Part shown: positions 17,243 to 27,595 of the stretch, piece after piece | Layout: every line of letters starts with the position of its first letter | Numbering within the stretch: the first letter of the stretch is position 1 | Source: a virus | Lineage: Duplodnaviria; Caudoviricetes | Length of the DNA stretch: 31,253 nt | IMG/VR virus record: IMGVR_UViG_3300012971_000061 | Coordinates: 1-31,253 of that record | Reading direction: 5' to 3' (one strand) | The notes under the pieces: model-generated | The model's database searches: none | Told to the model about the DNA's origin: nothing | What the model saw: the letters and a program-made list of their open reading frames with translations, nothing else | Position numbers and translations under genes: made by a program

Positions 17243-17727
17243 ACCCAGAAGTAAGGAACAGCCGACGTAACTCCAATAAACCAGGGAGTGAAACAGAACA
17301 AAGTAACCATCCACTCTATTACTGGAGTCTCCGCTGTGATAGGAGCGGAAATCATCAGACCACCATAATCTTGTTTCCAATCCTCAGACATATCGAGGCG
17401 TCTAATGAAAAGCGTTCCTCTTCTTCTGGAGGCTATTGAATCAGTAGGACTACCCCTCAATGCCCTAGTAAAACTATCCAACTGAGCTATAGCATGAGCA
17501 GGAGTATCAGCCAAAATTTGTCCTGTCATTTCTATTGACATTCCACCCTCATAGGAGAATGTCGGCCATACTCCTCTTGCTTGTGATTTTACGCGATCTT
17601 GTATAGTACGATCCTCCACACTAGGATTAAAACTTCGAAGTGCAGAGTATCCTGTAGTTACGGGCGCAGAGTCAAGTACATAATTGCTAATGCCATTAAC
17701 ATTGTGGACTTCACACTTTGATAACAT
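17239..17727 (-). CDS. Distal tail protein (Dit)-like
   Basis: Immediately after the tape measure gene, with C-terminal VTLFCFTPWF similar to the Dit F.c.dP.f motif. Confidence 0.6.
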   Translation of the reverse strand: MLSKCEVHNVNGISNYVLDSAPVTTGYSALRSFNPSVEDRTIQDRVKSQARGVWPTFSYEGGMSIEMTGQILADTPAHAIAQLDSFTRALRGSPTDSIASRRRGTLFIRRLDMSEDWKQDYGGLMISAPITAETPVIEWMVTLFCFTPWFIGVTSAVPYFWV

Positions 17728-20700
17728 TAGCCGAACCGTCCTGCCGTATGTGCTCTATTGGTAAACATAGCGTGCTTTACCTTCGCAGTAGTCTCAGCAT
17801 CGGATTTTCCATGAACGTTAATAGTTATTCGATTGTCGTGAGTTAGATTTGTACTCTGAGATTTTGGATGCCAGCCCTTTGGTGGCTTAAGTCCGAATTG
17901 CTTTTCAAGCAGTTGCATCATCGCACTTTGTAATTTTGAATCTTCTGTGCGGATTCCTTCGATGATGGCCTGTGCAACCTTGCGACCGTGTTCTCTATAC
18001 ATTTTGAGTTGCTCATTGAGTTGCCGCATTGCGACTTTCTTAATATCATTCTGACCTCTGACGAACATGTTGACATATCGCCTCCACATGCCTGGAGACA
18101 TTTTTGCAAGTGCCTCAACATTCTTGAGAGCACCAGGACCAGCAGCTTGTAGCTGATCTATTAGTGCTTGTGGAGCACCACGTCGATGGAGTCTGTTTAC
18201 GGTTCTATTAAATTTCTCATATTGCGTTGTCTGCATAGTCAAGTCTTTAAGCTGCGAACTAGGACCGAAAGCAAAACCAAGATTCTGGAGAGTAGAAGCA
18301 CCAGGACCAGTCATTAACGGACCTTGGAACAATGCTCCGAAGTTCGATTGCTGCTGCTGGAAAAATGTATTGTACATGTTGGTAATGTTGCTCAATGCAT
18401 TCTTAAAGTTATTTTGTTGATCCTGTAGCTTCTGCTTATATGCGTCGTTGGTTCTCGATATGGAATCGGTAATAATCTGCTTCTCAGCGTCCGAGGACTC
18501 TTTCCTCAGTTTCCTTAGAGCCTTATAATATCTCTGTGCGTCTGATAGATCATGAGACTTAAGATATACATTACGGAGTCTGACTAGTTGCTTAAGCTCT
18601 TCATTGAATTGCTTCCTGCTTATAGTTCCAACATTATGTGCCTGTTCTGTAGCAGCCTGTGTTGCAGCTTGCTGTTGTGCAGAAAACATATCACTAAACA
18701 TTGATTGCTGGGTATCACTGGCTACTTTCTGATATTGAGTTAATGCATTATAATAAGCCTTCCATTTTGACATATCAGTTGGCGCTGCTTCCGCAATCTT
18801 TCTCAGTCGCTCAACATTCTGTCCCATTGCATAAACCTTCGCATCTGGTAAAGCTGCGGCAGTTGCAGCAGCAATACCGAGGAGATCATCAATCATCTTC
18901 TTTTGAGCGGCTGTAGATTTTGCTGTTAAGGCATCGAGAGCCTTGTGGAATGCTTGCCAAGCGCCATATGCCTTTGCAAGATCAGCAGGAGTATCTCCAG
19001 TAATGGATTCATATGCTGTCTTTAATCTGCGAACATTTATAAGCGCCTTTATAAATTCAGCTTTACTCATCACGAACGGAGAATCTTGCCCTCTTGCTGT
19101 AAACTTTGTTATTCCTCTGACTGCATTCGGAATCATGTCAATATATGTCCTAAATATCCTGTCAATATCTTTCCAGTTCTTTTTAAGAAGATCAGTTTGA
19201 GCCGTCATTTTCTCATACGCAGGAACAGCTGTAGACGCTGCAATGGCATGTTGTTCCAAAATAGCTTGCGTTTGTGAAATCCCAGTAGGTGATGTTGCAG
19301 TTCTAATGGCATCTTTAGTCATCTGTGAAACTTTAGCTTTACTCCGCACAAGATTCTTGTCAATCCAAAAGTCTACCATTCTATTAAAAGCTTTTCCAAA
19401 ATCTTCACCAGACTTTGCACCAGCAAGGAAAAAGTCTCCTGCAATGGGAATATGCTTAGCAACATCTGTTATACCGCGAACAAAGTCGCTATGATGCTCT
19501 TTCTGGAATTTCTGAGACATACCTCGGGCTATTGTGTAAGTTACAACAACAGCAACAATATAAGGGCTGAGCCTCGATAGTGCATATAGTTCCCCTCTAA
19601 GTCTACCGACTTTACCACCTGCTATTAAGGCTTCAGCACCCAGCTTATCAAAGCCACTAATCATTCGAAGTAACTTTGCGCCACCAGCAACACTCAATCC
19701 AATTCCAATAGCTCCAATGATTTTACCCAATCCTCCAAGTTCCCTAATAACTGCATCTGTCTGATGTGGGAATCTTGCCCATAATGCAATCAATGCAGTT
19801 ATTGTAGTAATAAGGATACCGGCTTTTATATTTACGGCTCCGAGTTCGGAAGCCATGCCAGCACCTTTTGTGGTACTCAATCCAAAAATTGCAGCTAAAC
19901 TACTGGATTCACTTCTTAAAATCTTCATAGAGATTACCATTGCAGCAATACCACCTGCAACAGTGGCAACGACACCTACTAGTAAAGCCCCCACAGCTGC
20001 TAAGGCTGCTACCCTAGCAATGGTAGTTCTTGTGGAGCCAGACAAACTATTAAACCACTTAATTACTCCTTGGAGTGCATCAGCGACTTTCAGCAGGAAT
20101 GGCAGTACTGCCGATCCTAATTCAAGACCTATTACTCTCAGATCATTAATGAACTGTGCCCATCTGACGCCAGCAGACTTACGTATAGCTTCTAATGATC
20201 TTTGGAACTCTTTTGTATCACCAGTGGTATTGTGAAGTGTTCTTCTGTAGAGATCGAAGTTCTGGATTAAGCCTTTCAAAGCACGACGAGCTTGCACAGT
20301 ACCTTGTTGTCCGGTAATCATTTTCAGGAAGTTTTCACGCTCAACACCACTCGTTAAAAGTTTCCTATCGGACTGAATAAATCTTTGGATAATCTGATCT
20401 AGTGGAAGCAAATTTCCTTTTGCATCCTGAATACTCTGAGCAAGTTTCTCAAATCCAGGAGCAGGCTTAGCTGCAAATCTTCCAATGATTTCCATAAGTC
20501 TAGCAAGGCCAGCAGCAGACATTCTCTGGCTTGGCATCAGCCTTGTTAAGAATGCTATAGCGCCATTCATCTGTTCGATTGACTGTCCTGCACCATGAAA
20601 TGCAGGGGCCAACTGGTTCATTGTCTGTGTATATTGTTCAACAGTCAAGCGACCGAAACGAACAGTAGCAAGAGTCGATGCTGCAAGCTTCTGCCATGCT

Positions 20701-22181
20701 CTCATGTTACCAGCACTTATTTTCCAGTTATTCCCTAATGTAATTAGGGCATCTGCAACATCATTTATGTTTCCAAGCATCCCACCTGCTACCCAGACCT
20801 GACCAAAGAGTTTTAAGAGTCTTGTACCTTGACCAAAGGTTACATTCATAGATGAATAGATATTGTACAGGGCGTCAGTTAGATCATTTTGATTTGCAGG
20901 AACAGATTGCATGATGCCAATGATAGCCTTTTGAATACGACTAGCATTTGCTACTACAGTATTTGCATTACTTCCAATCTTACCTACCTGAGTAGATGCT
21001 CTAACGGCTTCTTGATTAAAGTGGGCTGCCGATATTCCTAATGCTGCAAAAACAGCAGTTCCTATCAGTCCAGCAGTTGCTAACTGCCGGCCTATATGTG
21101 AAACCATCTGTGCAGTTGTTCTTAGTCTTTCAGCATTCTGTCTTGACAGTAAAGCATTCTGTTCAGCAAGTTGCTTATTTAAAAGTTCTTCCTCGTCTCG
21201 TAGAACACGAACGTTAGCAATGGCTTGTCTTGTTGCTGTTCTGTTAAGTTCCCATTGTGCATTGATATTTTTCAGTTGGTTTTCTACAATGGCAAGCTCA
21301 TGAATTAATTGACCTTCGGCAGAATCAAGGGCAACAGTTCTTGCATCTACATTAGCAAGTTGGGCAGCTAAAACTTTATGTCGTTCTGCTAAAACACTTG
21401 CTTGTGCAGCTACCCTAGCTTCTTCAGTTCTTAAAGCAGCTATTGATGATCTTGTTGCTGCAATTTGGCCTTCTATATCAGCACCGGCAGCTTGTACAAT
21501 TCCACGTTGGCCAGGAATTTCTCCAATAGCCATTTGAGTCTCACGAACACGCCTGCGTGCAATATTAGCTCGTGTTTGAGCATCACGTAAAGCTACCGCA
21601 CTACCCTCACCTGCTAATGCAGTTACTCTTCTACGAGCCTGGTTATATCTTAGTTGTCTCTCGAGAAGTTGCGTTTGTAATGCAAACTCACGTCTATCCA
21701 ACTGAATTAACTGTTGTCTATTCCTAAGTCCTTGGGTACCAAGTCTACCAATTTGGTTGTTAAGTGCCTGTCTACGAAGATCGATCTTCTCCATTGCAGA
21801 GTCAAGACCAAGCTCTTGTCTCATGAGATTTAGTCTTTGGACTTCAAGTCCTGCTCTCGCTCTATCAAGACCAGTTCTTCTAACATCAAGATTCACAATA
21901 CGTGATTCGACACTGAGTTGCTGTAGCTTATTACGTGCAACGGCCTGCTCGTATGCAAGTCTAGCTTTGCCATCAGTAGCTCTAACAGATTCAATACGAG
22001 CGATTTGAGTAGCTTGTTGAATTTGATTACGCTGCAACCTATTCATGGTCGCAGCACGCTGCATGTTTATATCTCTAAGATTCTGTAGGCGCCGCACATC
22101 ACGCCCTACTCTTCCGAGCATTGCGGATGCTTGATTCTGTGCTCTTACTATCAGTAAGAGTTCATGAGCGCCTATTGCCAC
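17727..22181 (-). CDS. Tape measure protein
   Basis: 1484 aa, Ala-rich helical protein with a central TP901-like core and hydrophobic segments, downstream of the chaperone pair. Confidence 0.92.
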   Translation of the reverse strand: MAIGAHELLLIVRAQNQASAMLGRVGRDVRRLQNLRDINMQRAATMNRLQRNQIQQATQIARIESVRATDGKARLAYEQAVARNKLQQLSVESRIVNLDVRRTGLDRARAGLEVQRLNLMRQELGLDSAMEKIDLRRQALNNQIGRLGTQGLRNRQQLIQLDRREFALQTQLLERQLRYNQARRRVTALAGEGSAVALRDAQTRANIARRRVRETQMAIGEIPGQRGIVQAAGADIEGQIAATRSSIAALRTEEARVAAQASVLAERHKVLAAQLANVDARTVALDSAEGQLIHELAIVENQLKNINAQWELNRTATRQAIANVRVLRDEEELLNKQLAEQNALLSRQNAERLRTTAQMVSHIGRQLATAGLIGTAVFAALGISAAHFNQEAVRASTQVGKIGSNANTVVANASRIQKAIIGIMQSVPANQNDLTDALYNIYSSMNVTFGQGTRLLKLFGQVWVAGGMLGNINDVADALITLGNNWKISAGNMRAWQKLAASTLATVRFGRLTVEQYTQTMNQLAPAFHGAGQSIEQMNGAIAFLTRLMPSQRMSAAGLARLMEIIGRFAAKPAPGFEKLAQSIQDAKGNLLPLDQIIQRFIQSDRKLLTSGVERENFLKMITGQQGTVQARRALKGLIQNFDLYRRTLHNTTGDTKEFQRSLEAIRKSAGVRWAQFINDLRVIGLELGSAVLPFLLKVADALQGVIKWFNSLSGSTRTTIARVAALAAVGALLVGVVATVAGGIAAMVISMKILRSESSSLAAIFGLSTTKGAGMASELGAVNIKAGILITTITALIALWARFPHQTDAVIRELGGLGKIIGAIGIGLSVAGGAKLLRMISGFDKLGAEALIAGGKVGRLRGELYALSRLSPYIVAVVVTYTIARGMSQKFQKEHHSDFVRGITDVAKHIPIAGDFFLAGAKSGEDFGKAFNRMVDFWIDKNLVRSKAKVSQMTKDAIRTATSPTGISQTQAILEQHAIAASTAVPAYEKMTAQTDLLKKNWKDIDRIFRTYIDMIPNAVRGITKFTARGQDSPFVMSKAEFIKALINVRRLKTAYESITGDTPADLAKAYGAWQAFHKALDALTAKSTAAQKKMIDDLLGIAAATAAALPDAKVYAMGQNVERLRKIAEAAPTDMSKWKAYYNALTQYQKVASDTQQSMFSDMFSAQQQAATQAATEQAHNVGTISRKQFNEELKQLVRLRNVYLKSHDLSDAQRYYKALRKLRKESSDAEKQIITDSISRTNDAYKQKLQDQQNNFKNALSNITNMYNTFFQQQQSNFGALFQGPLMTGPGASTLQNLGFAFGPSSQLKDLTMQTTQYEKFNRTVNRLHRRGAPQALIDQLQAAGPGALKNVEALAKMSPGMWRRYVNMFVRGQNDIKKVAMRQLNEQLKMYREHGRKVAQAIIEGIRTEDSKLQSAMMQLLEKQFGLKPPKGWHPKSQSTNLTHDNRITINVHGKSDAETTAKVKHAMFTNRAHTAGRFG

Positions 22182-22455
22182 TTTGTTCCTCTAGTTCAGT
22201 TTTTGCCTTAGTCCTTGCATCTTCTCGTTCTATATCCTCATTTTGGATCATCATAATGATTTCGAATTTCTTTATGACCTCATCTGGCTGATCGAGTAAA
22301 GCACCAGGAAAAGGAAGTACATGAAATTCTCTGCTAAAATTGTATAACCTTATCCAATCAGCGGCTTCACTCAATTCTCCATTGTCAATTGAGAATCCTC
22401 TACCGTCTGCGATCCGTTTCCAGTTGCGGTCGATGACGATTCGGACGGCGTGGTA
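22162..22455 (-). CDS. Tail assembly chaperone, C-terminal (gpT-like) part reached by -1 frameshift
   Basis: The -1 frame is open from the slippery site through YHAVRIVIDRNW...LSEAADW to stop 22162. Contains LPFPGALLDQP. Confidence 0.8.
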   Translation of the reverse strand, partial: YHAVRIVIDRNWKRIADGRGFSIDNGELSEAADWIRLYNFSREFHVLPFPGALLDQPDEVIKKFEIIMMIQNEDIEREDARTKAKTELEEQSGNRRS

Positions 22456-22829
22456 AAATTTTGTTCATCAAAATCTGTTCCATTTAGCTTATCTATCTCT
22501 GTCTCAATCTCAGCTGCAATCTTAGGATCAAGAATATCAAGAGTCATCGTGTTATTAAAATCGAGCTTATTTCCATCAGCATCCTCAAGATTATGATCCA
22601 GGATAGCATTAGCAAAATCAAACTGGCGACTCGCAACATTGAGAATGTTGATCGTGATAGTATTTACATCATTGACACTTGTGCCGGTAAATTCCTGCAT
22701 GTACTTAGCAGCAAGATCGCGCCGCTTAAGCATCATTCCAAAAGGAAGTTGCCGAAGTAGAACAAACCCGCCAGGGCAGGTCTTTAAATCGTGCCGTACT
22801 CCAGCAGAATCAACTGTAGCTCTAGGCAT
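22371..22829 (-). CDS. Tail assembly chaperone (gpG-like)
   Basis: Lies between tail tube and tape measure genes, with an AGGGAG RBS and a slippery heptamer near the 3' end. Confidence 0.8.
   Translation of the reverse strand: MPRATVDSAGVRHDLKTCPGGFVLLRQLPFGMMLKRRDLAAKYMQEFTGTSVNDVNTITINILNVASRQFDFANAILDHNLEDADGNKLDFNNTMTLDILDPKIAAEIETEIDKLNGTDFDEQNFTTPSESSSTATGNGSQTVEDSQLTMEN
22455..22461 (-). promoter_or_regulatory. Programmed -1 frameshift slippery site A AAT TTT
   Basis: In-frame CAA AAT TTT ACC fits X XXY YYZ, and the -1 frame joins ORF 22162-22374. Confidence 0.8.
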
Positions 22830-22853
22830 TGTGTCTCCCTTATTACCATACTT

Positions 22854-23849
22854 TTATGCGATAGTGGTTGGAGTCTTAACAGAAATCTTGTAGGCATCGC
22901 CACCAGCAATCCCTACTGCCCTGCCTTCCGAAGTCGCCATGATTAGATCGCCCATACCGGCAAGGTTAACCGCATATTCGGTATATGTCGAATTGAAAAT
23001 TTCTATCTTGAATGCAGTGGTTGCAGTGGCAAATGTTGCTCCACCCTTAAGACTCTCAAGTTTAATAGCACGGAATGTATTGGCAACCATGTTGGTATAT
23101 TCAGTCTTATCAACAAAGTCCAGTTCTGTCGAATATGTAGCTTCAGTTTCACCATAAGCGATATATGTGGCTGCTCTACTTGATGTAAGACGATTCTGTG
23201 CCGAGGCATTGAAGTTCGAGGTAAATGTAAATCCATTGTAGTTAAGATCAGCAGTTGCAAATGCAGGTGTAAGACCTGCTGTATCAACATATACCGAATG
23301 TGCTGCGGCACCAAAGAGAACAGGCTGAATCCATGCAGGAGAACCAAGGCCACCAGGTGTAGTCTCGCTAAGACCAAAGCCATTCAACGTACATACGAGA
23401 ACACCATTGTCGATTGTGAACTCATATCCACCAAAGACACAGCCTGCATAACCAAACCCAATACCGTTACGCACTATGGTAATGCTTGCTGTTCTCGGAA
23501 CAAGTCCTGTTGCTGCCGTTGATGCACTACCAGCCGATGAAGGAGCATATCCATATACTCCTGCAGGATTTGTTATATTATGTCGGCAACAATGTAGGAA
23601 ATAAGGCATGAAGGTAGGATCAACTTCCATCCTGATATCGCCTTCGATATGATAGAAGCTCTGCTGTGCATCGGATACGATTGTCTGCTGTCTGATTTGT
23701 GGAGAGAAATATCTATCTTCACGATATCGGAAATCCTCGCTTAGGATAGGAACCCATACAGTGCCCGCCGTAGTAGGCGGAAGATAAGTTCCCATTGTTG
23801 CTTCATGCTTAATTGCTAACCAACCACCACCTCCTAACCCTGCGGGCAT
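22854..23849 (-). CDS. Major tail tube protein
   Basis: 331 aa starting with LAIKHEATMGT, with IEGDIRME. Positioned before the chaperones. Confidence 0.8.
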   Translation of the reverse strand: MPAGLGGGGWLAIKHEATMGTYLPPTTAGTVWVPILSEDFRYREDRYFSPQIRQQTIVSDAQQSFYHIEGDIRMEVDPTFMPYFLHCCRHNITNPAGVYGYAPSSAGSASTAATGLVPRTASITIVRNGIGFGYAGCVFGGYEFTIDNGVLVCTLNGFGLSETTPGGLGSPAWIQPVLFGAAAHSVYVDTAGLTPAFATADLNYNGFTFTSNFNASAQNRLTSSRAATYIAYGETEATYSTELDFVDKTEYTNMVANTFRAIKLESLKGGATFATATTAFKIEIFNSTYTEYAVNLAGMGDLIMATSEGRAVGIAGGDAYKISVKTPTTIA

Positions 23850-24175
23850 TATGTACCACCACCCTCAGTAGCACTCGTATCCTGAGGTAATCCTGAAGTT
23901 ACTTGGGTTGGAGCTTCTTCTGGTGTAACCGTAGGCTTATCAGGATTTTCTGGCTCAGGTTCCTCAGGTGGAGTAAAATCAGGAGAGCCAGAAACTTCTA
24001 TACCTTCCTGACCTGCATCCTGTAAACAATATCCATTCTGTGCGTAAAAAGCGGCCTCTTGACCTTCATCGAGATCAATTGAGCCACCATTCTCTACAAC
24101 ACCTACGCCAACAATACCAATAGGACCCATCTCCTCTGTGTATTGTGGCAGATCAACTGATACGCTAAGGGCCAT
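23849..24175 (-). CDS. Acidic hypothetical protein
   Basis: Coupled to both neighbours, with a P/E/T-rich C-terminus. Confidence 0.65.
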   Translation of the reverse strand: MALSVSVDLPQYTEEMGPIGIVGVGVVENGGSIDLDEGQEAAFYAQNGYCLQDAGQEGIEVSGSPDFTPPEEPEPENPDKPTVTPEEAPTQVTSGLPQDTSATEGGGT

Positions 24176-24626
24176 AAGGAAACCCTTTCCGTGATTCGAT
24201 GGCTACTAGCATTTGTGTTCCTACAACTGCATCATTCATTCTAGCAGCTCCGGTTATAGGAGCAGTCTGCTGTATGAATGCGAATACAACTGCACCATTG
24301 AAATTCATCTCTCCTGTCTCGATTGTATTCTCAATGTTCGTAACCAGTTCCAAATCTTCTTTTGTCCTTTGTGTATGAGAGTTATCTAATCTTGCATGAT
24401 AGACCATGATAAGCACTTCCATACTAACAAGGAATACATGAGTATGATGTAATTCCTTTTGCTTGCCACCAGACAAAACCACCACAGCTGGATACTCTGG
24501 TTTTAATCTTTCATCTAATCCCAAGAATCCGATACCTAGTGACTCTTTGTTCTCATCGAGAAGATCAAACAGGAACTTAGATGCCTGCTGTGGCTCAGTT
24601 ATAGTTTCTGTTATTAGATTGCTCAT
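24165..24626 (-). CDS. Tail terminator / completion protein (putative)
   Basis: Size, YPAVVV motif and position before the tail tube. Confidence 0.55.
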   Translation of the reverse strand: MSNLITETITEPQQASKFLFDLLDENKESLGIGFLGLDERLKPEYPAVVVLSGGKQKELHHTHVFLVSMEVLIMVYHARLDNSHTQRTKEDLELVTNIENTIETGEMNFNGAVVFAFIQQTAPITGAARMNDAVVGTQMLVAIESRKGFPYGP

Positions 24627-25321
24627 CCCGGAAATGTCATAGCTTGAATTCTTGGCTCATAGTCCAAACCAATACGCCCTTGTATTCTTCCAAGGCCATG
24701 TGGACGTTCACGAGCCATGGCAACACCAGTTACAGGTCCCATGATAATATCAAGTTCTCTACCGATCCAATCGTCAAAGACAGCAACAACTGCAAATGCT
24801 GCTGTCTCTGATAATCCAAGATAGGAACGCTTTGGTATTCTTGGTCTAGACGAAGTACCCTTTGCGGTAGTAAACGCTGTTTTCAAATATCCTCCACGAT
24901 CATGAATACGCCAATACGGTGGTGCATTTGCTGTATTAACAGCCAAGTTATGTCCTACGATAGGAAATGTAGTTGGCTCATGTAACCATTCAATAAGCTG
25001 CCGTCCACGACTCTTCTCTGGAGCACCTAATCGAAGTATTGTTCCAGGATAGCCTTTACTAGATAGCCATTTATCATAATCTGGATTATGCTTGGCCCAA
25101 GGAAAACCATCAAGATCGGTTTCGGTTTCGAAACGATGATCGATATCATCCATGAGTATTTGTCTTGAGGCAACCATAGGAAGTGTAGTGTCGTCTATTC
25201 CTTCAGCAAGCAAGTCTATCTTATTTGCTATGACTCTTGGCGATTTACCTTTTGCTCCCCAATGAAATTCAAGACTACCCATGAATGAGCCAACCATAGA
25301 CTCAAGTTCAAAGCTACTCAC
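24623..25321 (-). CDS. Virion morphogenesis protein (Mu gpG / P2 gpS-like)
   Basis: RFETETDLDGFPW, YWRIHDRGG and IPKRSYLGLS motifs. Confidence 0.75.
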   Translation of the reverse strand: MSSFELESMVGSFMGSLEFHWGAKGKSPRVIANKIDLLAEGIDDTTLPMVASRQILMDDIDHRFETETDLDGFPWAKHNPDYDKWLSSKGYPGTILRLGAPEKSRGRQLIEWLHEPTTFPIVGHNLAVNTANAPPYWRIHDRGGYLKTAFTTAKGTSSRPRIPKRSYLGLSETAAFAVVAVFDDWIGRELDIIMGPVTGVAMARERPHGLGRIQGRIGLDYEPRIQAMTFPG

Positions 25322-25755
25322 AAATTCATTCCCATTGTAAATTTGGGTGGATCAGTCGTGTCATTAGGCCAGAAATCATTTATAGTTAAATGATCTGCTC
25401 CTACATCATCTGTTACTTCTTCCAACACTACTGTACCGTCTAAGATACCCCTCAGCAACTCCATTGCTTCATTGTACTTATTCTGGGCGAAGAGAGGGTC
25501 ATCTAGAGAATCTTCGGAGTATCTTTGACGATAGTAGAACGCGGCTACTAACCTACCAACAACAGCTCTAATGAGTCCAGGTGTTGTTTCAGGATCAGAC
25601 CATGATGCTAACGTGACCGATGAATAATAGCCAGCAAGCATACCACGAACAACGCGCTCAGCATCCAACTGGAACGGTCCATAGTCAGCTGTATCTACCT
25701 CGATCTTGTCTCTCGGGAGATGAATGTTAATGTCGTCGATTGTTGCTAAAGCCAT
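25318..25755 (-). CDS. Head-tail adaptor (Mu gp36 / DUF1320-like)
   Basis: ATIDDI, vRGMLAGYY, P.LIR and KYNEAMELLRGILDG motifs. Confidence 0.75.
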   Translation of the reverse strand: MALATIDDINIHLPRDKIEVDTADYGPFQLDAERVVRGMLAGYYSSVTLASWSDPETTPGLIRAVVGRLVAAFYYRQRYSEDSLDDPLFAQNKYNEAMELLRGILDGTVVLEEVTDDVGADHLTINDFWPNDTTDPPKFTMGMNL

Positions 25756-26180
25756 TAGGAACTAGTTGATCCAGATGTACTAGATGCCTTCGGCGGAGTA
25801 TCAGTTGCCTTAGTAACTTCACCTTCAGGAGAAACTTCATTCTCTCCCTCAGTCCAGCTTCTCTCAGGACGCATTAGATCAGCAACAAGAGCCGAATCTA
25901 AGTTTCCTGCATCAACACCTTCCTCCAATGCAACTAGCCTAGCTGCAACTAGCTTCTGTGGGGAAGTTTCAGGATCGATCAGTTCCTCAGGAAGCTCATA
26001 CTCACGAACAGCTCCCCACTTAACTAAGTACTTCCAATCCTCCGAATCCTCTTCGAGTCCAATATCACCAGGTGATACCTCACCACCAAGAGGAATTACC
26101 TTTCTACCGAGAATGAGAGTCTTATCATTCTCATCCGTTTCCACTCCGTAATCAATTGGTGACCAAGCATACCATGTCAT
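25755..26180 (-). CDS. Acidic hypothetical protein after the capsid gene
   Basis: In-operon ORF with an S/T-rich tail. Confidence 0.65.
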   Translation of the reverse strand: MTWYAWSPIDYGVETDENDKTLILGRKVIPLGGEVSPGDIGLEEDSEDWKYLVKWGAVREYELPEELIDPETSPQKLVAARLVALEEGVDAGNLDSALVADLMRPERSWTEGENEVSPEGEVTKATDTPPKASSTSGSTSS

Positions 26181-26185
26181 CTATA

Positions 26186-27202
26186 TCACCACGCAGTCGA
26201 TGCGAACGCGTTTTGGATAAGGTAACCAGCAGTAGAGCTAACAACCTTAGGATCATACTCCCACGTCTGACGGAACAAATCGGCCTTACGATTCTGCTCA
26301 CGCCACCTATCGATAGGCTTCGTCTCCCCACCAAGCTGAGGATAAACAAACGTCTTACCGAATGTGAGAACACGATCACCCTGAGTCTGATCGACGTAAG
26401 CAAGAATAACGTCCTTGCCCCAGAATGACGAAAGGCTTTCTGTTGCGTCGATGTTATCAGCGGTGTTGTAAAGATCGTCACCAACCCCCACAGTGACAAT
26501 CTGACCGTCGAAACCAGTTAGCTTTCTGAACGCTTCTGGATCATTGAGAGTGAAGTACTGGAAACGTGCAACAACACGAGGATGATTCTCGATGTAACTC
26601 TGTCCCTGGGCTGCCATGAGCATAACATTAGGAGCACGACCAATCTTACCCTGAATCACACGAATACCAGTAAGGATAACACCGACAGGATCAGATGCAG
26701 AAGCAACACCACCAGTGTAATCATTCCACTGAGAAGTACCAGAAAGAGTAGTAAAGTTACCAGCGGCATAGTTTGCGGTATTACGCGCAATGGTAGAAAC
26801 TTTGTATTCATGACCACGTTGCAAAGCACCTGTAACGAGTGCAACTGCATCCTGTTCAGGATCAATATCAAGAGCACCACCGAAGATCGGATCGGAAAGT
26901 CCACCCATGCTAACAAAGTTACGACGCTCTTCATCAAGTACAGGAGACTGGAGCGAATGCTGAACTGTCTTGAATGTATCGAGGCTCCACTTACGACCAA
27001 CGATTTCATTTGCAACCGTACCAGGCTCACGCCTATCTTTGAAGATAAGACGATTCGACCTGTCAAAGACCCTATACTGCCCAGACTTTGTACCTACCGT
27101 CGTGAACGGAAACAGAACATCAGCATAGTACGCTGGATCACGATATCCTGTCGCAAAGTTGGATAGAATAGGATCGACGTAAAGGGTACTTGGATCGTAC
27201 AT
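26186..27202 (-). CDS. Major capsid protein
   Basis: 338 aa with YVDPILSNFATGY, ADVLFP, GRAPNVMLM and AGYLIQNA. AGGAGG RBS; follows the decoration gene. Confidence 0.88.
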   Translation of the reverse strand: MYDPSTLYVDPILSNFATGYRDPAYYADVLFPFTTVGTKSGQYRVFDRSNRLIFKDRREPGTVANEIVGRKWSLDTFKTVQHSLQSPVLDEERRNFVSMGGLSDPIFGGALDIDPEQDAVALVTGALQRGHEYKVSTIARNTANYAAGNFTTLSGTSQWNDYTGGVASASDPVGVILTGIRVIQGKIGRAPNVMLMAAQGQSYIENHPRVVARFQYFTLNDPEAFRKLTGFDGQIVTVGVGDDLYNTADNIDATESLSSFWGKDVILAYVDQTQGDRVLTFGKTFVYPQLGGETKPIDRWREQNRKADLFRQTWEYDPKVVSSTAGYLIQNAFASTAW

Positions 27203-27211
27203 TTACGCCTC

Positions 27212-27592
27212 CTAAGGGGCTATCCAGCCCGGCGTTACTATCTGGACAGAAGCACGGTTACCAGTTGTTGCACCCTGGCGGAACATACCAACAACCCTAT
27301 CACCAGTAGCAGCATCATGAACCGTTCCATCAGCATTCAGTCCTGCCATACCACCAACAGTAGCAGTACCAGTAACTTCCCATTCGGTAGCACCCATAAC
27401 CCTAACAGATGCTCCCTTACCTTTTAGAATCTCAGCAGCAGAAACAGCGAACTGTGAAACACCAGCAATAGTATCTGTCTTTGCAGTCACAGGAGTTACA
27501 GTCTCTTCTGCTGAGAACTTAACTGCACGATACTTCGTTAGGGCCGCTGCTGCATCATAACCCTTGTCGAGAACAAAGTTCCCGGTAGCCAT
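27212..27592 (-). CDS. Capsid decoration/cement protein (DUF2190-like)
   Basis: Small A/G/V/T-rich protein (AAAALTKYRAVKF...IAGVS) between scaffold and capsid genes. Confidence 0.75.
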   Translation of the reverse strand: MATGNFVLDKGYDAAAALTKYRAVKFSAEETVTPVTAKTDTIAGVSQFAVSAAEILKGKGASVRVMGATEWEVTGTATVGGMAGLNADGTVHDAATGDRVVGMFRQGATTGNRASVQIVTPGWIAP

Positions 27593-27595
27593 TTC

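Noticed and set aside
17243-17380. N-terminal extension of the 16010-17380 ORF
   Set aside because: It overlaps the Dit-like gene, and ATG 17242 with an ATGA overlap is the better start.
26582-27166. 194-aa ORF antisense to the major capsid gene
   Set aside because: It has no recognisable motif, and long antisense frames are a common by-product of codon bias in highly expressed genes.
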